Shown in pieces: positions 14,125 through 26,729 of a stretch of DNA of 64,000 nucleotides. Where the stretch lies: the NCBI GenBank assembly GCA_951406725.2, contig OX597814.1, positions 122,760,001 through 122,824,000 of the forward strand. Reading direction: 5' to 3'. The first letter of the stretch is position 1. Each line of letters opens with the position of its first letter. The position numbers were made by a program, and so were the translations under genes. The notes under the pieces are model-generated. The model did no database searches, was not told where the DNA came from, and worked only from the letters and a program-made list of their open reading frames with translations. The stretch comes from Octopus vulgaris (Eukaryota).

Positions 14125-14518
14125 GATTTAGGTACAAGGCCAGTAATTTTTCAAGGAGAAGCAGTCATCACGATCGACCGTAGTCCTTTAACACATGCTT
14201 CATTTTATCAAGGCCAGAAGGATAAATAGCAGAGTTGATCACGGTGATATTTGAACTCGGAACGTAAAGAGCCAGGAAAAAATACCTATTTCTTTACTAC
14301 CCACAAGGGGCTAAACACAGAGAGGACAAACAAGGACAGACAAACGGATTAAGTCTATTATATCGACTCCAGTGTGTAACTGGTACTTATTTAATCGACC
14401 CCGAAAGGATGAAAGGCAAAGTCGACCTCGGCGGAATTTGAACTCAGAAGGTAACGGCAGACGAAATACGGCTACGCATTTCGCCCAGCGTGCTAACGAT
14501 TCTGCCAGCTCGCCGCCT
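14125..14518 (-). mobile_element. F1 SINE (young, 14285-14518) adjoining an older F1-related copy
   Basis: Reverse complement of the F1 consensus ending ...ctgccagctcgccgcctt. Confidence 0.9.
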
Positions 14519-14627
14519 TTTCCACTTATTTAATAATAGTTCCTGATTTAAACACAAAGTAAATAAAGTAAGTTTTGTTTCTTTTCGTAAAATGTTTTAC
14601 TTCGTGTTTATTTTTTCTCATCGGAAT

Positions 14628-14880
14628 GGAAGCACATGGCCTAGTGGTCAGAGCAGCGAACTCGCGGTCGAGGAATTTCAGACCGGGCGATGTATGTGTT
14701 TTTGAGCGAAACACCTAAGCTCCACGCGGCTCCGGCAGAAGGAAATGGAGAAATTCTGTTGAATCTTTCGCCATATCTTACTCTCACTCTTTCCTCCTGC
14801 ATTTTGCAGCTCACATGCGACGGACCGGCGTCTCGCCCAGGTGGGAAACCTAATCGCCAACGAAACCGAGAAACTGACCC
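14628..14880 (+). mobile_element. F3 SINE
   Basis: Colinear with 7373-7673, small head deletion. Confidence 0.88.
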
Positions 14881-14881
14881 T

Positions 14882-15102
14882 AATAATGGCTTCAAATTTG
14901 GGCACCAGGCCAGCAATTTCGGGAGAGTGGGTAAGACGATTACATCGACCTCAGTGTATGACTGGTACTTAATTTCTTGATCACGAAAGGACGAAATTCA
15001 AAGTTGACCTCGGCGGAATTTGAACTCAGTACGTACAGACAGGCGAAATGCCGCTAAGCATTTTGACCGGTGTGCTAACGATTCTGCCAGATCACCGCCA
15101 TC

Positions 15103-15155
<53 letters not shown>

Positions 15156-15375
15156 CAACAAAAACAATCCTTTCTGCTAAAGCACAAGGCCCGAAATTTT
15201 GGAGGAAGGGGCTAGTCGATTTCATCAACCCCTCTGTTTCAATGGTACTTAATTTATCTACCCCTAAAAGGATGAAAGTCGACCTTGATGGCATTTGGAC
15301 CCAGAACGCAGCGACGGAAGAAATGCCGCTAAGCATTTTATCCGGCGCGCTAATAATTCTGCCAACTTACCCCTT
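14882..15375 (-). mobile_element. Two older F1-related SINEs separated by (TAA)n
   Basis: Both have tggtacttaattt...aaagga..aaa..gacct core and a gcac(a/c)aggcc tail; (TAA)n at 15103-15150. Confidence 0.8.
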
Positions 15376-15403
15376 TACTACTAGTACTACTACTACTACT
15401 ACA

Positions 15404-15470
<67 letters not shown>

Positions 15471-15920
15471 TTTATTATCATTATTTTCATTGTCATTATT
15501 TTAACCACCTTCCTTTAAATACTAGTTTATTTCTCCGATTCGTTAGATCCGACTTAATTATTATACCGGGTGGGTTTTTAATCAGAAGATGGAATGATTA
15601 AAAAAAGATTTATTTGATCATTTAAGATTCAATCAGAGGGAAAATTAATTGCGGAATAATTTCATCGAATATAATGGTATTTAGCGGTGGAAGAGGAAGG
15701 TAAAGTTGTTTGTGTGTGTTTGAATGATGCTAGAGTTGGTGCTGGTGCTGGTGGCGACGGCGGTGGTGATGGTGGTGACAGTGGTGGTTGCGATCACCTA
15801 TCTTTGTATGAGGTTTAATAGGCCGTGGTGGGGCGAAGGTTACCTACGACTATATGATTTAGCGTATGTATTTATTAGTATACAGTGAGTCGTTTAGATG
15901 GTTACTCCTGTAAGTAGTAG

Positions 15921-15953
<33 letters not shown>

Positions 15954-15971
15954 TGTATATATGTATGTATA

Positions 15972-16206
15972 CCTATTTCTTTACTACCCACAAGGGCCTA
16001 AACACAGTGAGGACAAACAAGGACAGACAAACGGATTAAGTCTATTACATCGAACCCAGTGCGTAACTGGTACTTAATTTATCGACCCCGAAAGGATGAA
16101 AAGCAAAGTCGAACTCGGCGGAATTTGAACTCAGAACGTAACGGCAGACGAAATACGGCTACGCATTTCGCCCGGCGTGCTAACGTTTCTGCCAGCTCGC
16201 CGCCTT
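15972..16206 (-). mobile_element. F1 SINE, full length
   Basis: Near-identical to 14285-14518 and 30238-30465. Confidence 0.92.
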
Positions 16207-16943
16207 TATATAAATGTATGTATACCGCGCAGAGGGATATCAGATAAAGGGCTCTACATCCGGATAGCTAAAAAAGCACCATGAACGACACCCTGGTGAC
16301 ACACGTGCATGTGCGTGTGTGTGTGTATAAGTGTGTGTGTGTGTGTGTATAAGTGTGTGTGTGTTCGCCTATATTTGTGTTTACGTCCAATGATCGTGGA
16401 CTCCTACCTCTTAATCTTAATGCAACATTTTCTGATAGTTCTACTCTCTTCTGTGATTCTGTGCCTTTAATTTACAGCAAGCATGTGTGGGTGCATATGT
16501 ATTTGTGCGTGTGTGGGTGTGTATATGTATGTCCGTGTGTGTGTGTGTGTCCGCACGCCTGTGTGAGTGTTCATGACAATGAGTGCACACGCCCCTCCCC
16601 CCGTTATCCTAAATGTAATCTTTGATAAGTTGTACTTTCTATGTTTTATGATTATAAGATTTTGGTTTTATGTCATACACCCACAGACAACTATTACAGG
16701 TCATAATCAAAATACAGCAGGCACGAACAACATACCTAGGATATCGTAGTATATCTAGCGGGACATCTTCTTCTTTATGCACGTACCTGATGTGACACAA
16801 ACTGCACAGATTGATGCAAGACTATTAGATGCACAAAATCATAATCATAACGGACAGTTGCAGGATGGATCGAAACGATCGTCGTACTGAATAAAAACTA
16901 GAGCTAAATCTATCTGACGTTTACTTTATCAATTATATATATA

Positions 16944-16987
<44 letters not shown>

Positions 16988-17439
16988 ATTCTACAACTCC
17001 AACCATCACGATCACTATTACTACTAAAAACAGCGGTCTCTGCTACTGCTGCTATTACAGCCAAGGGTCACTTTCACTTTTACTACTACTATTATAGCCA
17101 ATGAACTACTGCTACAACTCCAACCACCACCACCACCACGGTCATTACTACTACTACGACGACCAACGGTCTCTGCTACTATTGATATTACGGACAACGG
17201 TCACTTTCACGATTATACCAAATGATTCTAGTCAACGCACAAGACAGCCATTATGCTCCCCCACACACACAAAACACCACCACGTGGACTATGTAGAGAC
17301 TAGTAAGAAACAATTATGAAATTTTATTACACTTAACTTTTTAAAATATTTTTGATAAGGTTCGTTTTTTTCAAGAAGAAACGAAATTTAACTTATATAG
17401 TAGCGTTTTCATGCCACCTACACTTTTTATAAACATATA

Positions 17440-17541
17440 TATATAGAGAGAGTTCCATTCTAGCAAAAACTGTCTGATGAACGGCAACGAGAAACTCAGA
17501 GAAACAGATTTTGTTGAATTTTCTGCTGCTTTAAATAAAGT
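17440..17541 (+). mobile_element. PLE-type pseudo-LTR end with degenerate hammerhead, ending at (TA)n
   Basis: ctgt-CTGATGA(17474)-acggcaacga-GAAA-ctcagag-aa-acag, then aataaa and (TA)n. Confidence 0.5.
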
Positions 17542-17566
17542 ATATATATATATATATATATATATA

Positions 17567-17760
17567 AAGGGAAAGTTTACGAAAATAAACAAAAGACGAA
17601 GGCAGGTGAAGTACAAACAACCAAATGTATTAGTATAGCGCTCAGGAATAGAAATAGAAAAAGTCTTTTACGTTTCGAGCCTACGCTCTTCGACAGAAAG
17701 ATACACAGAAAAAAAACAAGGAGAGAAAAAATGCGTGTAGGAGCTAACGATCTATCATGG
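17567..17760 (-). mobile_element. PLE-type pseudo-LTR end, family P1 (also 22555-22730, 24125-24420)
   Basis: Three homologous copies (aaacaaaaga.gaag.c.ggtg...gtattagt...gctc.g.aa), each adjoining (TA)n at its 3' end. Confidence 0.75.
17664..17701 (-). ncRNA. Minimal type I hammerhead motif, position-6 U variant
   Basis: Reverse complement tcttt-CTGTCGA-a-gagc(gtag)gctc-GAAA-cg-TA-aaaga. Confidence 0.6.
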
Positions 17761-19398
17761 CGTATGTATGTATTGGAATAAATATAAAATATAGAAATAG
17801 ATAAAATAAATAAATTTCTTTAAAGGGCATGGATACATACAACATACAAAGCGAACCCATACTCATACACAAGCACACACACACACACACACACACACGA
17901 AATTTCACGGACAGCCACAACAATGTCAGCAACACGATTAACAACGACAGCAGCAACGGCGGTGACAACGATGGAAATAACAACAAGAATTACAACAATG
18001 GCAACACCGTGGGCGAACACACATACACAGAGGAATACAGGAACTGTACCATATTTTCGGGTCTTAGGACAGAAGCAGCACAACGGGGTGAGAGGGTGGG
18101 GCTGCTGAGGTAAAGGCCACACTTCTGCTAAAAACTATGTCGCGCACACACAAATATACACACACACATAAACACACACGCATTCACACAAACACACAAA
18201 CAAGGACACAAATATGTATATATATATATATACTATGTCCCATTCGTTTATCTCCCCTGCACCCTTCCCTTTGTCTGATTTTTTCTTATCCCCCAATACC
18301 GCTGTCCCTTACCCATCTCTTTTCCTTCCACGTGACCGGTGTCCAGAAACCCATGATCTTCCTTCTTGGCCTGCTGCCAATCGTCAAGACGTCTTGTGTT
18401 CGTCTCCCATGTTCCTGCCTTTAGGCTTTTATTTCATACACGCCAGCTCAATTTCAGTCGCTCTCAGTCGAAAGACGCCTGTTGTTACTTTTTGTTGTAT
18501 TCGTAATTATGTACCATGCTCCCCGTTTTTCTTTTTTGTTTGTTTTTCTTTTGTCTTTGCTGACGTACACATTCGCTAGCTTTCTTACAAAGGGGTCTAA
18601 TGCTCTTAGCTTAGTTTTTTTTTTGGAGGGGGACAACTAGATCGAAGCATCTCAAGTGTATCTGTCCGAAATGGTCGTGACTTCTGGTACTTGACTGATG
18701 AAAGAAAGCCAAGAATGACCCGTCTTTTCGTGCCTATCCTTCTAATTGTTATATCTCTTTTCCGCCTTTGTATTGTCTATATGTGCAAACGTTTAATGGC
18801 CTCTATTCCGTTTTTGTTCCATTTATATATATATATATATATAATTCTGCTACGGTAGTAGTTGAATTATATTAAGGCCACAATTTACTCACACGCAGCA
18901 ATTTTCAGAGCTTGTCGCTAATTCAGTTCTTAACAAAATTGAAAACTGTTATCGTTTTCGAAGAAAGCTAGTTCCTAGCTACATTTCGGCATTAAACAAA
19001 CTGAGATTTGATTCTGTTGAGAGTTTACATCAACATTTGTAGCAACTTTATAGGAGAGTAAGTAACACCACCAATCAAGTTTAGATCTAAATAATTATTT
19101 TATATTAAAAGCAAATATATTTATCTTGGCTTCAATGATAGAAGAAAGCATGAAGAATTCTATAGTTTTGTTTCTATGCCGCAGAAATTTGTATCAAGAA
19201 AAAATAAGACAAAAAATTGGATTTAAGTATAATTTAAAAACAAACTATATTTTTAATATTTTAAGCAAGCTACTTACCACACAGCCACTTCTGCGCCTCA
19301 ACTTATATGTGTATGTGTATGTGTGTGTGTGAGTGTGTGTGTGTGTGTATGTGCGTGTGTGTGTGCATGTGTGTGTTTATATATACACATATGTATAT

Positions 19399-19551
19399 GC
19401 GCAGGAGTGGTAAGTTGCTTGCTTACCAACCACATGGTCCCAGGTTCAGTCCCACTGCGTGGCATCTTCGGCAAGTGTCTTCTACTATAGCCTCGGGCCG
19501 ACAAAGCCTTGTGATTGGATTTCGAAAACGGAAACTGGAAGAAGTCCTTCG

Positions 19552-19553
<2 letters not shown>
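19399..19553 (+). mobile_element. F2 SINE 5' half, running into (TA)n/(TATG)n
   Basis: F2 head through ggaaactggaagaagtccttcg. Confidence 0.85.
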
Positions 19554-19619
<66 letters not shown>

Positions 19620-19655
19620 TATGTATGTATGCATGCATGTATGTATGTATGTATG

Positions 19656-19689
<34 letters not shown>

Positions 19690-19746
19690 TGTATGTATGT
19701 ATGTATGTATGTATGTATGTATGTATGTATAAAGATAGAGAAAGAG

Positions 19747-20106
19747 AGGTGCAGGTTTGGGTGTGGTGAGATTCTTGCTTTCCAACCACATGTTTCCAGA
19801 TTCAGTCCTACTGTGTTGAACTTTATTCAAGTGTCTTCTACTATGGCCTCGGGCCGACCAAAGCCTTGTGAGTGGATCTGGTAGACGGAAACTGAAAGAA
19901 TCCCATCGTGTATATATTTGTGTGAAGGATAGAGCTGATGTCGGTGTGTTTACGTCTCAGAAACCTTAGTATTTCGGCAAAACTAACCGATAAAATAAGT
20001 AATAATATTACAAAGAATAAATCCTGGTGTCGTTTTTTTTTCCACAAAAAATCTTTGAAAGTGGTGCTCCAGCATGGCCGCAGTCAAATGACTGAAACAA
20101 GTAAAA

Positions 20107-20110
<4 letters not shown>
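19747..20110 (+). mobile_element. F2 SINE, diverged, short internal tract
   Basis: Colinear with F2 consensus. Confidence 0.85.
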
Positions 20111-20147
<37 letters not shown>

Positions 20148-20757
20148 TTGTATGTATGTATGTATGTATGTATGTATGTATGTATGTATGTATGTATGTA
20201 TGTATGTATGTATGTATGTATGTATAGAGAGAGAGGTCACAAAAAAGTAACAGATAATAGTTCGTTATGTCAAGAAACGGAGGAGAAATCCGATTAATCC
20301 AATTAAATCCAATTAAAATAGGTATTCGTTAGGTAAATCCGTGAACAAATGAAGAAAATCGGTAACGTCCATTAATAGAATTAACATACAAAGAATGCTT
20401 TGATTACAAACCATGAAGAGGAGGAATATAGGTTACCAGTTCCAATACTGACTAAATATATAAATATATATATATTTAAGTAGGTGAATGAATTATCCTA
20501 TGTTTATCCTCAGCATGGAAAATTCGTTTAACCGAAACCTGGGTAGCAAATTCACGTCAGAAAAACACGGTTGAAGCGACCTGTCAAGGGTAGAAACTCC
20601 GGGTTCATGTGCAGAAATTTGTGTGTTGTATATGAATAAATGAAAGAATGGAGTCGAACGAAGATGTTAATAAAATTCCTTTACTCTCGACACATGTTTC
20701 GAAGACAGCATATTTTCATTCCGAAGGAATAAAGGGTGCATTATGCAATCTTTATTC

Positions 20758-20796
<39 letters not shown>

Positions 20797-20799
<3 letters not shown>

Positions 20800-21684
20800 G
20801 GTACGATGGGTAAAAGGTCGCTATTTTATATTCTTGATTTCGCGCATGTGTATTGTTTTTTTAAAATTTTGTCGACTACACAGTATAGTAGGGTCAATTG
20901 AGCACTGTCTGTGAGAAAAACAGCACCATAACGCAATTAACTCTGCCAGAAATTTGGAAACGACATGCCGTACTGCTTCATGTTCGCACTTAAAGCTCCA
21001 ATACGGACATTTCACAGTTGTCGGGTGTCAATCTGAGGACAGGACAATCTGAGGACATGTACCGAGAGTGATAAAAATCAAACATACAATCAACATCATA
21101 GTGTTTGGAGTAATCACTAGTAATGACGACGTTTTGCCTCCATTCATTTTCCTACTCGGCCTCACACTCAACACGGAGGCCTACATCAAGTACTTGGATG
21201 AGTTAGTGCTGCCCTGGGTCAAGAGGGTGGCCGCTGGAAGGGTCTATGCCTGGCAACAGGACTCTGCACCATGTCACACAATCAGAAGAACCCAGTCATG
21301 TCTGTCAGACAATTTCTGGGACCACAACGCCCCTAATATCTGGCCACCTGACTCCCCGGACTGAAGCCCCCTTGATTATTATGTGTGGGGCTCAATTGAG
21401 CGAGAGGCCAACAAATCTTCTTGTAACACCAAAGAATAACTGAAGCCAAGGATTATGGCAGCATTCACCAACTTAAATAAGGAGACCATCCAGAAGAGTT
21501 GCAGGAGATTCCAAAGTCGTCTGGATGCCGTGTTTGAAGCCAATGACGATTTTATTGAATAAATTTACTCTTTAGTATTTCAAGATATTTTATGCCATTT
21601 TGGTAAATATATCTGTTAAAATGTGATGTCAGTATTATTTTCATTTTTACGTAATTTAGACGACAATTTATTCACCGCACCATC
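20797..21684 (+). mobile_element. Internally deleted Tc1/mariner-superfamily transposon, DD37D (maT) type
   Basis: Imperfect TIRs atggtacgatgggtaaaaggtcg versus reverse complement of cgacaatttattcaccgcaccat; transposase remnant inside; left end in (TA)n. Confidence 0.8.
21068..21562 (+). pseudogene. DD37D transposase C-terminal half with in-frame stops
   Basis: AWQQDSAPCH...WPPDSPD*SPLDYYVWGSIER...FQSRLDAVFEANDDFIE*; 37 codons between the last two catalytic Asp. Confidence 0.9.
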
Positions 21685-21923
21685 TCTCTCTCTCTCTCTC
21701 TCTCTTTCTTACTTTCTCTCTCTTTCTCTCATTCTCTCTCACTCACTATCTTTCTCCTTCTCCCACTCTCTCTTTATATATATATATCTGTGTGTGTGTA
21801 TATGTGTATGCGTGTGTGTGCGTTTATATATATTGTTGTCTGAGGAGAGCCATTCTCTTTTTGCGCCTTGTTATTTAACACACTCACCGATCCAGTTTCC
21901 ACTCATTTACTAGTTTGTTTTTC

Positions 21924-21960
21924 CTAAAATTTTTGTTGCATCTTCCAACCTTTTCAATAG
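21924..21960 (-). ncRNA. Hammerhead motif, U3:A8 core variant, G12 changed to A
   Basis: Reverse complement cta-TTGAAAA-g-gttg(gaagatg)caac-AAAA-at-TT-tag; expected GAAA reads AAAA at a CpG position. Confidence 0.45.
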
Positions 21961-22053
21961 TCGTTGACTCTGTTCGTTATCCGAATTGCGTTCTTTTCAT
22001 TTGTTGTGGGTCAGTGTGAGTGCGCATACACACGTATGTATCTATGTGTGCAT

Positions 22054-22119
<66 letters not shown>

Positions 22120-22646
22120 TTATGTATAATATATATATGTATATATGTGTGTACGTTTGTATGCATGTATTCTGAATATTCCTGTGTTTGTGTGTATGTG
22201 TGCTTGTTTGCATGCGTGTGCGTGTCTGTGTGTACCTCTGTCTTCTTGTGAGTGCATGTCTGAGTGTGTGTGCGTGTGTACATCTGTCTCTTTGTCAGAG
22301 CATGTCTGAGCGTGTCTGTGTATGGGTTTTTCTGACTATGTACGTGCGTCTGTTATGTTTGGATGTGTGTCTCCAAATGTGTCCTTGTGTGAAGTGTGCG
22401 TGTGTGTATATGGTCATGGGTTTTGCGCATGTATGTGTGCTTCTCTGTTCATATTACCTATGTACCTATCTATCTGTATATCTATCTGTTTACATTCATA
22501 TCTATTTATCTACATATATATGCATATACATATATATACACATATACATATATAGGGGGAGAATTCACAAAAGAAACAAAAGAGGAAGACAGGTGGTGTA
22601 GACAACAAACATATGTATTAGTATAACGCTCGGAAAGTGAAAAAGT

Positions 22647-22682
22647 CTTTAACGTTTCGAGCCTACGCTCTTCAACAGAAAG
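22647..22682 (-). ncRNA. Minimal type I hammerhead motif, position-6 U variant (P1 copy 2)
   Basis: Reverse complement cttt-CTGTTGA-a-gagc(gtag)gctc-GAAA-cg-TT-aaag. Confidence 0.6.
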
Positions 22683-22849
22683 GAACGCAGAAAGAAACAA
22701 GGAGAGAAAATAAAGAATGTGTAGTGGCTACCCATACACACGCACACACAAACACAAACACGCATACATACGTCTACATAACAGCCCACTAACTATTCTA
22801 CCTGTGTATATGAACTGTGAATAAAGGGGTCTGGCTACCTACTACGTAT

Positions 22850-23192
22850 ATTTCGTATTTAATACTGGGGATATTTAATTTATGAGGACGTACTCCTGTA
22901 TTTGTCTGAGTGGTGGGTGCTTGGATAAACTATGGATGTCAAGTTGACCCCAGTTGCCTCCATGCTGGTCTTTGGTATGTTAGTACAGTTTGTCGTCATA
23001 TAGTCTCAAATGTCCATTTAATCTTTCCACAATGCTCCTAGATGTCTCACCTATGTCTATCATGTTCTTGTCTTTACAAGCACCTTCTATGCACTTCATG
23101 CTGTATACTATATTTCTAGTTCTTCCGTTAATGTCAGGGTTAATCCTACATACCATACAATCATCATTGGTGCATGTGGTATTCTCAAAGGG
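22850..23192 (-). pseudogene. PLE GIY-YIG endonuclease remnant
   Basis: CTNDDCMVCRINPDINGRTRNIVYSMKCIEGACKDKNMIDIGETSRSIVERLNGH...LRQIQEYVLIN*ISPVLNTK; two in-frame stops. Confidence 0.8.
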
Positions 23193-23481
23193 GTGGTGGT
23201 TGTGTTGTGCCCATTATTATTGTGGTTATTGCTGTGGGTGGTGTTGATGTGGTTGGTATTGTTGTCTGCGTGTGGAGTGTTGTTGTCATTGTTGTTGTTG
23301 CTATTATCATTGTTATCGTTGTTATTATAGTTGATGTTTTGATTTCGTATGTTTGTTGTTGTTGTCGTTGTTATAGTTCTTTAAGTGGGGAATGTTATAG
23401 TTATCATTGTTGCTATTGTTATTGCCACTATTGTTGTTGTCATTAACATCGCTATTGTTATTGTTTTAGTTTCGTATCGGG

Positions 23482-23546
<65 letters not shown>

Positions 23547-23606
23547 GTGTGTGTGCGTGTGTGTGGGTGGGTGGGTGTATGTGTATGTATATATGTATAT
23601 ATATAT

Positions 23607-23843
23607 GAGGCGCAATGGCCTAGTGGTTAGGGCAGCGGACTTGCGGTCGGAGGATCGCGGTTTCGATTCCCAGACCGGGCGTTGTGTGTGTTTATTGAGC
23701 GAAAAAAACACCTAAAAGCTCCACGAGGCTCCGGCAGGAGGTGTTGATCCCTGCTGTACTCTTTCACCATTCTAAAGGCGGTGCTCCAGCATGGCCGCGG
23801 TCAAATGACTGAAACAAATACAAAAAAAAAAAAAAAAAAAAAA
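23607..23843 (+). mobile_element. Chimeric SINE: F3-type head + F2 tail + poly(A)
   Basis: F3-like head 23607-23770, then F2 end ctaaaggcggtgctccagcatggccgcggtcaaatgactgaaac, then ~22 A. Confidence 0.8.
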
Positions 23844-24080
23844 TACGGTCCCATTCCGGCAAGTTTCTTGTCGGTACCTCCAGAGTGGAATCAATACTAT
23901 CGATAATGGCTTAAATTGCGTTTGACCATCTGACCGACAACTAATGAAGAATCCGTGACCTTCTGTGTTTTATGTTCGCCGGTTTTTATGTTCGTTTGTT
24001 TATTTATTACACTTTTTAAAAATTATATATATATAGGTATTTCATGCTTTCCGTTTGTAGTCTTTTTCTTTACTCCTGAC

Positions 24081-24117
<37 letters not shown>

Positions 24118-24624
24118 AGTTTAAATTTAGAGAAAAACAAAAGACGAAGACTGGTGTATGAACAACAAACAGGTGTATTAGTTTGGCGCTCGGGAAAGTG
24201 GGAAATTCTGTTCAACAGAAAGGAATATGAGGAAATAAACAAAGAGGAAAAAAAAAAGAGTTGCGGATTTAGCGATCGATCATGGCGACTGGTTAGGGAA
24301 AAAATAGCTTGACAGGAGAGCTAGGAAGAAGGGGAGATAATAAAGTATTGGAGAGTTTGTAAGTGTGGGTGGATAGGGGTCAATGACTTTGACGTGTGGA
24401 TGTGTGCGTAAGTGTGTGCGTCTATAATGTGTGATTGTGTGAATGATGGTGTGTGGAATGGTGTGAGATGCTGTGATACGGTGTGATGAAAGCGGGAGTC
24501 CGGATGGTCCCCGTGCAAAGACAATCCGAATATATATATATATACATACATTTTCTCGAAGAGCTGTTCACTAACACCGAATAAGAAACCACGTGACAGC
24601 AAAGCGATCTTCTTAACCACACAT

Positions 24625-24830
24625 CTTGCCGTCCAAGAATTTGGACCTGCAGATCTCCATTTCCAGCGACTTCTAGGGCCACCTCCCAATGGTGTCGGGC
24701 GTCAACGAAGAGCCATCGACAACAACAAGACGACTAAAGTTTTTTTTTCCAAGTTTTGGGGTCGCCCGCCCCTAAGCCCTACACCATCACGTAATCACCC
24801 TTACTCGTCTTGTTGCTTAACAACAACAAT
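24625..24830 (+). repeat. Unclassified dispersed repeat, copy 2
   Basis: Aligns with 12305-12515. Confidence 0.85.
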
Positions 24831-25800
24831 AACCACACATCTACGCCAGGAATACTCAACAGCTTACTAGTGTAATTCAACGCATAAACAGTTCAGTTGA
24901 TCAAAACCGGTAGAAGAATCATCGTCGAAAGTGATGAATATCCATTTACTAATACATTTACTCAGTATATAAGTATTAATGTGATATGCGATTTTTCTTT
25001 TTATTGTTGTTGTTGGAGTGATGCTTTTTATGCTTAAATATATATATATATATGTATTTGCAAGCGTGTGTACTTGTATATGTATACACATATCCATGTA
25101 TTTGTATGTCTATGCGTTTGAGTTTGTGCATAGATGTGTGTTACTATTTCACTCTGTGTATGTATTTATGTGTGCGTATGTCTGTCCGTGTATGTGTATG
25201 TGTTTCTAAATGTATGCAGACGACACATAAACGAAAGTAACTTCCAGTAAATTCGTGTCTGTAATTATAGAGCCACCATAAAATACTAACTTCCGGTTAG
25301 TATATAGGTTTTCCTCCATTTGCTTCAGGGCTGGCTCTCGCTATCTAAATAGTCAAAACATCACATATAACACTGCTCTTAGAATTCCACTACTGCTACT
25401 ACTGCTGAGATTGTTGTTGAGTAGGTGGTGGTGGGGGAGGGGCTACTACTGGTAGTGCTGCTGCTGGTTTATTGTTGCTGTTGATTTTGTCGTTGCAATC
25501 GCCCGTAATGTTGTTATTGTTGTTGTTACTGCGTTTCGTGTTACTGTTGCTATCGCTGATTGTGTTACTGTTGTTGATGTTTCTGTTAACCTCATTGTTA
25601 TTATTCCCGCTACTGCTGCTGATGCTGCTGATGCTGCTGATGCTGATGCTGCCACTCACATTTTTGCTGTTGTTACTGCTGCTGTTGATTTTATTTTTAG
25701 CCGTTCCTGCTGCTGCTACTGCTGCTGTTGTTGTTGTTGTTGCTTAGCTTCTGGTTAACACTGCTACTCTTCATGAGCCCTGCTTACCCTTGCTAGTGAC

Positions 25801-26268
25801 GGGCAGCCCTGGTTAGCCCTAGTTAGTCTTGGTTAGCCCTGGTTGACTATTGTCAGCCTCGATTAAACCTGGTTAATCCTGATTAGACTTGATTAGCCCT
25901 GACTAGTCTTGGTTAGAACTAGGAAGTATTGGTTTGACCTGGTTAGTCTTGATTAACCCTGGTTAGTGTTGGTTAATGTTCAGTAGCCCTAGTTAGCGTT
26001 CAATAAACCTGGTTGGCTCTAGTTAGCCTTCGTTAGCCCTGGTTGACTATTGCCAGCCTTGGTTAGCCCTGGTTAATCCTGGTTAGACTTGATTGGCCAT
26101 GACTAGTCTTGGTTTGAGCTAGGTAGCTTTGGTTAGACCTGGTTAGTCCTGATTAACCCTGGTTAGTGCTGGTTAATGTTCAGTAGCCCTAGTTAACGTT
26201 CAATAAACCTGGTTAGACATGGTTAACCGTGGATAGCCCTGGTTAGCCTAAATTATCCCTGGTTAACA
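25801..26268. repeat. 10-bp minisatellite (consensus GGTTAGCCCT) with 200-bp higher-order duplication
   Basis: ~46 monomers; exact phase from 25811 on; variant order at 25841-26010 recurs at 26041-26210. Confidence 0.92.
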
Positions 26269-26694
26269 AGCATTCCATAATTTCTTAAACATAATTTACC
26301 ACTCTACCGTGCAAAATGCTTTTTTCTTTTTCTCGACTGCAAGGTGTGATTTGAGCAAGGTTTCGGGTAGTATTTCTAGCAGACCATGTGGCCGGATAAA
26401 AGTTTATCGTTTGTTCGTCAGGTTATTGTTGTTGATGATGATGCTGTTGCCATCGTTTAAAATTTATATTGAACAACATATTTTATAGCGGTGTTAACCA
26501 CATTTATAGGAAGATTAAAGAGGTTGTGTGTAGATATATATATGTGTATGCGTCTGTGTGTGTGTGTGTGTGTTTGTGTGTGTGTGTGGATATGTATGTT
26601 TATGAAATAACTGAAAGAAAATGCTTTGAGAACTCTTTCATGAATATAAACTCAAATATATAAAAGTACACCTCTTTGTGTGTACGCATGTATG

Positions 26695-26729
<35 letters not shown>

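Noticed and set aside
25801-26268. Interstitial telomere
   Set aside because: Period is 10, not 6, and there are no TTAGGG runs.
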